From the IMG/VR virus record IMGVR_UViG_3300037042_003932, positions 32,001-96,000 of that record: 64,000 nt of DNA; one strand, written 5' to 3'. Of the stretch, positions 28,673 to 37,116 are shown in pieces. Under the pieces are notes generated by a model. It was not told where the DNA came from and did no database searches. It saw only the letters and a program-made list of their open reading frames with translations. The position numbers and the translations under genes are program-made. The stretch's first letter is position 1. Each line of letters begins with the position of its first letter. Origin of the DNA: a virus.

Positions 28673-29047
28673 TTAGGCACTCGTGAGGGTAGTTGTAGTC
28701 GTGCCAGCAAAGCTCGACGTGTACGTTTCGTATTCAGAAACCAAAAACTGCAAGCGCTGTTTATTGTACGCAGCGAACTCAGCGGCAAGGTCAAGAGACT
28801 CCCAATTCTTCGTGACCTCGTCCAGCCGGTAGAACTCAGCACCAGCAGTCTGAGCTGCTGCTAGGGTTGTGTGGGTAACTTTCTCGATGTCGTAAACGGT
28901 AGCTACGCGAGAGAACGCCTCAGTTTCCGTGGTGAACACGAAGACATACGGGGAAATATGAACAGAGGCTGTGATATCGTGTTTTACTCGGTAAAGTGGA
29001 CCTGTCTCTACCGTTCTGGTTTCGACCAGTGTGACGGATACGGTCAT
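28673..29047 (-). CDS. Hypothetical protein, paralog of the 27665-28672 N-terminus
   Basis: FSRVATVYDIE. Abuts both neighbours. Confidence 0.6.
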   Translation of the reverse strand: MTVSVTLVETRTVETGPLYRVKHDITASVHISPYVFVFTTETEAFSRVATVYDIEKVTHTTLAAAQTAGAEFYRLDEVTKNWESLDLAAEFAAYNKQRLQFLVSEYETYTSSFAGTTTTTLTSA

Positions 29048-29730
29048 TCAAAAACCTCTTCTTCCACGATTACGAAATCAGTCCCAGCGGTGTTCGAGTC
29101 GTTAACCAGGCTTTGGAGTTCCGCTTTGACGGAAACCACTTTGTTAGCAGCGTCAGTCACCTCAGGGAATACCGTGATAGACCTGCCGACCCGATGGTAA
29201 TTCTGCAGAACCTGGTTTGATTCGAGATAAGCAACACTCAAAGGATACCGTCCAGCAATTATGCTGTTGTAGCCAGAAGCTATATGAGCGCTGCCGCCTC
29301 TGGTGACGCTAAACTCCAATGACCCGTTAAAACCACACGCGAATTCCCCGTGAACCAAGAGAGAAGTATCTACCTTAACTGAACCTGTGCCCCGGTTCGT
29401 AACGTCGGTCACAGTCAGGTCAAGAGTTTCAGACCCCTCTTCCGTTGCCCACACTTCCGGAACATACGTGAAATGAAAAATGTCACCGATTTCTAGGGTT
29501 TCAAATAGACCAACACAGGACAGGTGGTCTAACGAGTAGCCTGTGTCCAAGTAGTTGTACATGTCGAGAAGAGTAGCAGCACGAACAAGTCCACCCGCAT
29601 CTCCCATGTTAACAACCAAGCATTTTAAGAAGGAAGAAGGATCGGTATCGGGGTACGCAGAGATTGTTACCCCAATGGCGTAACCATCGCGTGTCGTTCG
29701 TTGATCAAAAGTAGCCGTGATTTTTGCCAT
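29044..29730 (-). CDS. Hypothetical protein, distant paralog of the two downstream genes
   Basis: LVRAATLLDMY...YHR...DAANK...LQSLV. AAGGA RBS. Confidence 0.55.
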   Translation of the reverse strand: MAKITATFDQRTTRDGYAIGVTISAYPDTDPSSFLKCLVVNMGDAGGLVRAATLLDMYNYLDTGYSLDHLSCVGLFETLEIGDIFHFTYVPEVWATEEGSETLDLTVTDVTNRGTGSVKVDTSLLVHGEFACGFNGSLEFSVTRGGSAHIASGYNSIIAGRYPLSVAYLESNQVLQNYHRVGRSITVFPEVTDAANKVVSVKAELQSLVNDSNTAGTDFVIVEEEVFE

Positions 29731-29756
29731 GTCCTTACCCTTTCAAAAGCATTAAA

Positions 29757-29785
29757 ATAGTAGACCATGAACCAAACAACGTCAA
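29757..29785 (-). promoter_or_regulatory. Candidate sigma70-type promoter for the 29730 operon, overlapping the ruvC start
   Basis: Minus strand TTGACG (29785-29780), 17 bp spacer, TACTAT (29762-29757). Confidence 0.55.
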
Positions 29786-30330
29786 CGCTGTGGGTAGGTG
29801 TCGATCCTTCAGCTACGAGCACAGGGTTAGCAGTAATAACCCCGGAACTCACGCTCGCCACAACAACGATACGACCAAAAGAACTTCGGCTAGGAGCCAG
29901 ACTGAAATTTATCCAAGACGAGCTCCTAGCGTTCGTAAAGAACCAGAACATCCAAAGGATTTACTCGTGCATAGAAGGACCCTCACTAGAGTCCACGAAT
30001 CAAGCAGATACTTTGGGACAAGTACGTGGAGTCATCTTGGTAACCTTGGAAAATCTTGGAGCCGTAGTTACTGTCGTACCACCAACAACCCTTAAGAAGT
30101 TCGCGACCCGGAGTGGCTCCGCAGATAAAGAAGATATGATTGCAGCGGCATTTACCAAATGGAACGTCGTGTTAAAAGATGATGCCGCTGACGCTGCTTG
30201 GTTAGCACAATTAGCGTATTCGTTAACAACTAATAAGATAGACACGCGAGAACAACTTGAGGTAATCTCTGGTATAAGGTCACCCAAAGCTAAACCAGTA
30301 TTGCGTTTCAAACGAAAACCAAACGTCTGA
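29767..30330 (+). CDS. ruvC: RuvC-like Holliday junction resolvase
   Basis: VGVDPSATSTGLA, CIEG, PTTLKKFATRSGSADKEDM, DDAADA. Confidence 0.88.
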   Translation: MNQTTSTLWVGVDPSATSTGLAVITPELTLATTTIRPKELRLGARLKFIQDELLAFVKNQNIQRIYSCIEGPSLESTNQADTLGQVRGVILVTLENLGAVVTVVPPTTLKKFATRSGSADKEDMIAAAFTKWNVVLKDDAADAAWLAQLAYSLTTNKIDTREQLEVISGIRSPKAKPVLRFKRKPNV

Positions 30331-30342
30331 AAAGGAGAATTT

Positions 30343-33018
30343 ATGACGCTGACTCTGGCTAATCGTGTGTACACGACGCAGGGAACAAATCCGTATGACT
30401 CCGTAAGATGGGAAAAGACACCGGTAAAGATTACAGACGAAGTTGGAAACACAATTTACGAATTGAATGATGCTGAGTTCCCATCGTCATGGTCCAAGAC
30501 AGCTCGAAAAATCACAGCGAACAAATACTTCAGAGAGTTCAGAGACTCAAAAGAGAAAGAGACCAGCCTTCGAGACACCATCACCCGTGTTGAAAATTTC
30601 ATAACGAACAAGGGCATAGAGCATGGGTACTTCGAGAATCATAGTGAGAGCGCAGCGATCTATGCTGCTGAACTAACTCACATCCTCCTGCATCAGATAG
30701 CCGCGTTCAATAGCCCTGTGTGGTTCAACGCGGGTGTTCCAGGGGTTGAGAAGCCTCTTCTCAGCGCTTGTTTCATTAACAAAGTCGAAGACAACATGGA
30801 CAGTATCCTCGACTTGGCTAAGACCGAGGGTCTCATATTCAAAGAGGGTGCTGGTTCCGGCGTAAATTTCAGCAATCTCCGCGCATCCACCGAACGCATC
30901 CGTGGTGGTGGTACTGCCTCTGGTCCCGTGTCGTTCATGCAGGGTTACGATGCCTTTGCCAACGTCATTATGTCTGGAGGCCGCACACGCCGCTCGGCTC
31001 GGATGTGTATCCTCAACGCCGACCACCCAGACATTGAAAAGTTCATCACGTGCAAGAATGAGCAAGAGGTCATAGTTGAGCGACTCATAAAGAACGGAAT
31101 GTCTGCGCGGTTCAACGACCTCGAGGGTGCCTACTCCTGGGCTAAGCACCAGACGGGCAACAACAGCATTCGGGTGACTAACGAGTTCATGGAGCGTGTT
31201 CGCCAACACATGTACTACGGTAAAGAGGAGAAGTGGAATCTCACCAACCGTTCGGATGGCAGCACCGCTAAAACTGTGGATATTGGTGAGTTATTTACAC
31301 TGATTGCCACATGCGCTCATAGTTGTGGTGACCCTGCCTTACAGTTTCACGACACCATCAACGGCATGAACACTTGCTCGAGTGACTTTGTAATCGAGGG
31401 ATCGAACCCATGCAGTGAATTTATGTGGGTAAATAACTCAGCTTGTAATTTGAGCAGCATAAACCTCGTTAAGTTTATGCGCGACGATAACACATTCGAC
31501 ACAAAGTTGTTTAAGCATGTTGTACGCATGCTCATCATCGCACAGGACATCATTGTCGAATCTGCAAGCTACCCCACCAAAGACATCGAGATTAATAGCC
31601 TCAAGTACCGTCCTCTCGGACTCGGGTACGCCAACCTAGGTGGACTCCTCATGCGTTGGGGCATTCCTTACGACAGCGACAAAGGTCGTGAAATTGCTGC
31701 GTCTATCACTAGCCTCATGACAGCGCAGGCGTATGTAACAAGCGCGGAGCTCGCAGCTGTAAAAGGCCCATTCAGCGCCTACGAGTCCAACAAATCCAGT
31801 ATGGAAGAAGTGCTCAACAAGCATCGAGCATTCACGAAAAAGATACCCGAATCTCACCTGCAACTAGTCGCGTACAAAGCCTGGGGAGAAGCTATCTCAG
31901 TAGGCTTAGGGAAAAAGAAAGAAGACGGCGCAGGTTACAGAAACGCACAGGTCACAGTGCTGGCCCCCACGGGAACAATTGCCTTCATGATGGACTGCGA
32001 CACCACGGGCGTAGAGCCTGCCATGGGCCTTGTCGCGTACAAGGACATGGTCGGTGGCGGAACAATGAAAATCACAGTGGATGCCGTCCCCGAATCCCTC
32101 ATGACCTTGGGGTACTCCACGCTGTCCATTCCCAAAATCATGCAGTACATCAGTGACAACGGCTACGTAGAAGGGTGCCCCGACTTCAAGGAGGAACACC
32201 TGAACGTATTCGACTGCGCATTCTCGGCCAAAACACGCATGGTGTCCGTGGAAGGACACATCAACATGTGTGCAGCTGTTCAACCGTTCTTGTCTGGAGC
32301 CATCTCCAAGACCTTCAACATGCCAAAGACAGCAACGGTAGACGAAGTCAAACGGGCCTATGTGATGGCGTGGGAACGCGGGCTCAAGGGTGTGGCCATC
32401 TACCGGCAAGGTTCCAAGTTCAGCGAACCCATGCGAGCCCGTGAAGTACTAGAGTCTATCGAAGAAACAAAATCGATTGTTCCTAGCCGACGCAGTCTCC
32501 CCACTACGGTTGTGGGAATACGCCACGCGTTCACGGTAGGAGCACACAAGATCTACCTGCACTGTGACTTGGACCCCGAGACGAGTGAAGTCGCTGAGAT
32601 ATTCATCCGTGCCGGTGGCTTTGGGTCCACAGTCGGAGGTCTACTCGACACGTACGCGACGTTGTTCTCGAAGTCCTTGCAGTACGGGATACCCCTCGAT
32701 GTTTGCCTGAAGCACATGGAAGGATCTAACTTCCCACCAGCTGGAATTACGTCCAACCGAAACATCCCAATGGTCAAGTCCATCATGGACTACATAGCCC
32801 GATGGATGAAACAGGAGTTCATCGACAAGAGAACATCCCCGATGGTTCTGGCCCACCCCGATACGGAGAACGGCGTCTCCTACGTTCCACACGCAGACGA
32901 CGCAGAAGTATCGAATCTCGGAGAGGACACCTGCCCCAAGTGCGGACACCTTATGGTTAGGACAGGCTCTTGTACGATGTGCAAGAACTGCTCGCACAAC
33001 TCAGGCGTCTGCGGCTGA
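30343..33018 (+). CDS. nrdJ: Class II (B12-dependent) ribonucleotide reductase with TSCPD-type C-terminal domain and Zn ribbon
   Basis: FNSPVWFN, SACFI, GGRTRRSA, SNPCSEF, ACNLSSINL, APTGTI, QPFLSGAISKT, and a C-terminal CPKC...CKNC...CG. Confidence 0.93.
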   Translation: MTLTLANRVYTTQGTNPYDSVRWEKTPVKITDEVGNTIYELNDAEFPSSWSKTARKITANKYFREFRDSKEKETSLRDTITRVENFITNKGIEHGYFENHSESAAIYAAELTHILLHQIAAFNSPVWFNAGVPGVEKPLLSACFINKVEDNMDSILDLAKTEGLIFKEGAGSGVNFSNLRASTERIRGGGTASGPVSFMQGYDAFANVIMSGGRTRRSARMCILNADHPDIEKFITCKNEQEVIVERLIKNGMSARFNDLEGAYSWAKHQTGNNSIRVTNEFMERVRQHMYYGKEEKWNLTNRSDGSTAKTVDIGELFTLIATCAHSCGDPALQFHDTINGMNTCSSDFVIEGSNPCSEFMWVNNSACNLSSINLVKFMRDDNTFDTKLFKHVVRMLIIAQDIIVESASYPTKDIEINSLKYRPLGLGYANLGGLLMRWGIPYDSDKGREIAASITSLMTAQAYVTSAELAAVKGPFSAYESNKSSMEEVLNKHRAFTKKIPESHLQLVAYKAWGEAISVGLGKKKEDGAGYRNAQVTVLAPTGTIAFMMDCDTTGVEPAMGLVAYKDMVGGGTMKITVDAVPESLMTLGYSTLSIPKIMQYISDNGYVEGCPDFKEEHLNVFDCAFSAKTRMVSVEGHINMCAAVQPFLSGAISKTFNMPKTATVDEVKRAYVMAWERGLKGVAIYRQGSKFSEPMRAREVLESIEETKSIVPSRRSLPTTVVGIRHAFTVGAHKIYLHCDLDPETSEVAEIFIRAGGFGSTVGGLLDTYATLFSKSLQYGIPLDVCLKHMEGSNFPPAGITSNRNIPMVKSIMDYIARWMKQEFIDKRTSPMVLAHPDTENGVSYVPHADDAEVSNLGEDTCPKCGHLMVRTGSCTMCKNCSHNSGVCG

Positions 33019-33045
33019 CGTTACACGGTAAAGAAGGAGAACCCC

Positions 33046-33510
33046 ATGCCCTTAGCAAACACTACGCAGTTTATCAAAGACCTAATCGCAAATGACGCCC
33101 TGAACTTTGCGACGGTCGAAGAAGCTGCGGCAGCGTTTGCTAAGGCATTTTCCTCTTATTTTGGTAACGTGTCTGCGCCTCCACTCAGCTTATTAAGTAA
33201 CCTGGACCCCGGAGCTGTAGCGAAGCTGACCACAGGACTAATTCCCGCGTTCAACGCGACGGACCCTGCGTCAGTTTGCGCAGGGATACAAGCCGCTATT
33301 CTCGCCTACATGAACCCCCCAACACTCATGTTTGGACCAGCGGCAAGCGCTGCGGCATCCACAGCACCCCTGGCCAGTACGCTAGCGTCTGCGATGACTG
33401 TAGTTCAAGATGACTCAGCTACTGCTAAGACGATCCTCGCTACTCAGCTTTCTTTGTGGTTACAGACGACGACGGTGACGATTGGGACGGTGGTTACGGC
33501 GCTGGTTTAG
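33046..33510 (+). CDS. Hypothetical Ala-rich protein
   Basis: 154 aa with an AAGGAG RBS. Stop overlaps the convergent gene. Confidence 0.6.
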   Translation: MPLANTTQFIKDLIANDALNFATVEEAAAAFAKAFSSYFGNVSAPPLSLLSNLDPGAVAKLTTGLIPAFNATDPASVCAGIQAAILAYMNPPTLMFGPAASAAASTAPLASTLASAMTVVQDDSATAKTILATQLSLWLQTTTVTIGTVVTALV

Positions 33511-36500
33511 AGGGTGATTCCGCTGACGTTACAGCGGTCCCACATAAAGCCGAGGGTTCTGAGGTTAACGCGGAAAGTGTCCGGGTTGGTCACGTGGTAT
33601 TTCACACCTACGCGAACGATGCCAACCGCTGCAGCAGTGAGATCTGTTGCTGCTACAGGGTACATAACAACGTCATCGTAGTTTGCGCTGGCGTGCGTGG
33701 ACCCGTGAGTCATGAGAGACCGCGTAAAGAGAGAATTGCTGTAGTAAGCCGATGGAGGAGAACTTCCGTCTATCGGGTCAAACACCACGTCATAGTCCTC
33801 GTGGATCACAGGAGATACCACGTCAACTATTCTAGGTGGAGCAACCAAAGTGGACGTATACACTCCGACGTCGTCGAAGACACCGTAGTTGTTATGCAGC
33901 AAGAAGACTTCGGCTGAGTGGCCCGTTGTCTCCAAGTGTGCATACATACCAACTCCAAGGATCGCCATCGTCGTAATAGCAGCCGGAACTCCTGGCAGCG
34001 CAAGGTCTAGACCGTATTTAGCGTTGTAGTGAGTATGCGGTAAGTAGATCTTCTCCATATCTACGGTTCCACTCGTACCTGTGTGATTAAGGGTAAAGAA
34101 CTTATGGTCAATGTAATCAGACCACGTGACCGGCGAACCATAGTCTCCAAGACGTGCTTGGTGGTACATCCAGACATTACCACCCATGTGCATGATACCT
34201 GCAAATCGAATCTGACCAGCAAGGTTACCTTGGTAGGACCAAACAAGATTTATGAGCGTGTAATCATGTTGGTCAAACGTGGATTCCGCATTGGCACTCG
34301 GCAACATGTATTGCGTGTGACCCGGAACACCAAGACCAAGATTGTACTGGGGCAACGGACCAACGCGGTAAACGCCGTCTACTCGCAGCCACAACCCGTA
34401 CCACTTCATGTCGTCAGCAGCAGCAGGCAGAGCCGTACCCGGTAGGAAGTAGTTGTTAACCACACTAGTCATAGTGCGGATCTCTGGAATCGTGACGATC
34501 TTACCCGCTACAATCGCCCGGCCACCCATGACACCAATAGCATCAACAGGGTACTGGCCTGAGGAGTATTCCACACCTCCGTAACTGACTAGAGGCGCAG
34601 GAACCGTAGCGAAACCCTCGAGGACCCTGTTGAAGTATGCGTGCTTATGTGCGCCCAGAATATTGGTGGTAACTGCTACGAGAGTCGGAGCGGGGTGAAT
34701 CGCCATAGCGGCCCCGGTAGTTATGGCCTCGTGAGTAGGCGTATACGACATCGTAGAGACAGTAGTCACTATGTTAGTGGCCGTAATATACGCTGTAGTC
34801 GTGTTAAGCGTAAAAACAGTAGCCCATATCATACGCATATCCCCGGAATAAATGTCCCCAGACAAACTGTCAGCGAACCAGTTCGTGGGGAACAAATCGT
34901 ACCGAGTGTTGGCCGTAGCGTTATAGATCCTGCGAGACCCACGTACGTTAGCGTTCGCCTCGTGTCCTGTGGGAGAACCAACGGAGTCAATGTTAACGTA
35001 AACATTGCCCGTCCCAGTACCCGGCGTATGGATCACAAAATGGTCAACGTAATACTCAATATACCCACCCTGGATTGTGAGGTGAAAAACTTCGTTTTGA
35101 AAAAAGATCCCGTATCTTGAAATCGTGTTCCAACCAACTTGAGCGTCAGCTGGTCGAAGATTGCTTATGTGACCAGTACGCCAAACAAGTTGGACTCCAT
35201 ACGTTAAAAACGTAAAAGTAGGATCATACGTGTATATAGTATCCCCAAATACCCACTCACCCTCAACTAGCTCCGATGCGTCCAACGACGCTTTGTCGTT
35301 AATGAACGTTTGGAGCAACACGAGAGTTGCTTGGAGCGTACCAGCAGCAATGTCGAAAGTGTCGTAAGACTTATGACCACCTGCATGGGTATTCGCAGAA
35401 ACACCAATGAGAGTTGCTCCCGAAGGTGCTGTGACGCTGTTGAACGTCTGTGTAGTGTACCCATTCATCCCGAAGTAAACGGTACCCCACTCATCTCCAC
35501 GTACGAGCGTGCCGTCAATGAAGAGCAAGTCATCACCTAAGCGTCGACAGATCGGAATAGAAAGAGGCAAACGATCTGGGTGCGCGTCAGCCAAGAACAA
35601 CTGACCCGGCAAACTGACCGTCGAAGTACCCGAGGACTCCGTGGCTTGCCTGCGTCCGCTGTACGTGACGCCGTCAGGGTTCACAAGCCACTCATACGCC
35701 AGGCAGAGCGTGTCACCACTCAAGAGACTTTCAGTGGCGAAAAACGCCGCGAAGGTCGAAGCGGGGATGTGGTGCAACTCGCGGTCGTAAGTCGCGGCAA
35801 AGTCATAGAAGGGGTTCGCGATACCATCTACCAAGATATCCCCGAGCAGCACATACCCTGAACCAGAAGTAACATGGGTGAAACCACCCGCTCCTGCCAG
35901 AGTATTCAACGCTGTGGTCACGTCCCCAATAGTCGTTGTTCCGTCGTCACACAGCGTGATGACCAACGTTGGGTACGGTTCAAACAACGTCTCAGCCGTG
36001 ACCCGCAAGGGCAACGTACTGGGGTCAGCTTCCTGCCACCGAATAGAGAGCTTGTGTCCCTCTTGGAATCGGTACAGGTCGGTGCTCAACGTAATGGACC
36101 AGTTCGCCGCTTTTACGTAGGTGATCGAGCCCTTCTTGTCCGTCTTGGGACCCGCGATGGGCTGGAGAACGATGTCCGCAGAAATAGTGAATTCGTTATT
36201 AGCGGGCACCCATGTGACAGAAGGTTGGCCATGGCCTGAAACGAGACCAGCAGCTGTTCCTCCAGTGATGATCCACCGCATGTCGGTATCTTGAAGATAC
36301 TTCTGCGTCGCAGTCTCGACCTTCAGCGTCTCTGTTCTTTTGCGAAGGTTCTCAAGTGGCCTGTTGAACACAACAGCACGGACGCGCTCTCCCGGGCTAA
36401 ATACCTTTGTAGCCGCAATTCCCGCTGCCGCGTCGGGATAAATGGTTCCTGGGTTACCTGAGTCGTTGGTACCGGTACCATCACCAACTTTGAAATCAAC

Positions 36501-36515
36501 ATCTTGAGTTGCCAT
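33507..36515 (-). CDS. Virion structural/tail-fibre-like protein
   Basis: 1002 aa, T/G/V-rich. N-terminal NRPLENLRKRTE resembles fibre-attachment segments. Downstream of the baseplate genes. Confidence 0.6.
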   Translation of the reverse strand: MATQDVDFKVGDGTGTNDSGNPGTIYPDAAAGIAATKVFSPGERVRAVVFNRPLENLRKRTETLKVETATQKYLQDTDMRWIITGGTAAGLVSGHGQPSVTWVPANNEFTISADIVLQPIAGPKTDKKGSITYVKAANWSITLSTDLYRFQEGHKLSIRWQEADPSTLPLRVTAETLFEPYPTLVITLCDDGTTTIGDVTTALNTLAGAGGFTHVTSGSGYVLLGDILVDGIANPFYDFAATYDRELHHIPASTFAAFFATESLLSGDTLCLAYEWLVNPDGVTYSGRRQATESSGTSTVSLPGQLFLADAHPDRLPLSIPICRRLGDDLLFIDGTLVRGDEWGTVYFGMNGYTTQTFNSVTAPSGATLIGVSANTHAGGHKSYDTFDIAAGTLQATLVLLQTFINDKASLDASELVEGEWVFGDTIYTYDPTFTFLTYGVQLVWRTGHISNLRPADAQVGWNTISRYGIFFQNEVFHLTIQGGYIEYYVDHFVIHTPGTGTGNVYVNIDSVGSPTGHEANANVRGSRRIYNATANTRYDLFPTNWFADSLSGDIYSGDMRMIWATVFTLNTTTAYITATNIVTTVSTMSYTPTHEAITTGAAMAIHPAPTLVAVTTNILGAHKHAYFNRVLEGFATVPAPLVSYGGVEYSSGQYPVDAIGVMGGRAIVAGKIVTIPEIRTMTSVVNNYFLPGTALPAAADDMKWYGLWLRVDGVYRVGPLPQYNLGLGVPGHTQYMLPSANAESTFDQHDYTLINLVWSYQGNLAGQIRFAGIMHMGGNVWMYHQARLGDYGSPVTWSDYIDHKFFTLNHTGTSGTVDMEKIYLPHTHYNAKYGLDLALPGVPAAITTMAILGVGMYAHLETTGHSAEVFLLHNNYGVFDDVGVYTSTLVAPPRIVDVVSPVIHEDYDVVFDPIDGSSPPSAYYSNSLFTRSLMTHGSTHASANYDDVVMYPVAATDLTAAAVGIVRVGVKYHVTNPDTFRVNLRTLGFMWDRCNVSGITL

Positions 36516-36536
36516 TTGTTATCTTCCTCACTGTTA

Positions 36537-37109
36537 TCAGGCGGAAACAGTCATCCCTAGAGTCCACTCATAAACCACACGCATAGTCGTCGCTTTGACG
36601 AAAGCCGGGTACGTTTGGCGTGCATACATTCTGCGAAAGGGGATTGATTCCCAAGTGGTGTATACACCGTCAATCTCATCTTGAGAACCACGGGTAAATA
36701 GCCCTGCTTCCGCCAACTCAATATTGTCGGCGATACCTGCGGGTACTTCCGCAATTATCCGCACTTCAAACGCCTCTTCCACCTTCACCCGCTCAGAAGC
36801 TCGGTCTAACTTTTTTGTGTATACTGAGTTAAGAAGCGCGTAATCCGTGGCAGTAGCCGGGACAACGCCATCACCAATGCTCAAGGACCAAATTTGGTTA
36901 TACTCTGGGTACATCTGAGCGGTGACTGGTGTCGTTGGTGTTATCTGAGCGAGCAAATCGAGCACGACAATCCTGCCGTGGTTTGTCACCTGATTTTTCT
37001 TTACGGAGTGATACACTCGCTTTCCAGAAATAGTGTCATACGCACTCACTGACAATACTCCGTAAAGCTTACCTACGTCGGCGTGACCGTAACCGTTTAT
37101 CTTGTGCAT
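36537..37109 (-). CDS. Baseplate/tail-fibre attachment protein
   Basis: KNQVTNHGR...SIGDG...ELAEAGLF...MYARQT..FVKA...YEWTL pattern. ATG at 37109 after GAGG. Confidence 0.6.
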   Translation of the reverse strand: MHKINGYGHADVGKLYGVLSVSAYDTISGKRVYHSVKKNQVTNHGRIVVLDLLAQITPTTPVTAQMYPEYNQIWSLSIGDGVVPATATDYALLNSVYTKKLDRASERVKVEEAFEVRIIAEVPAGIADNIELAEAGLFTRGSQDEIDGVYTTWESIPFRRMYARQTYPAFVKATTMRVVYEWTLGMTVSA

Positions 37110-37116
37110 TGTTTCC

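Noticed and set aside
15074-33018. Inteins or introns in PolA, TerL or NrdJ
   Set aside because: The frames are continuous with expected lengths. I noticed no intein splice-junction or homing endonuclease motifs.
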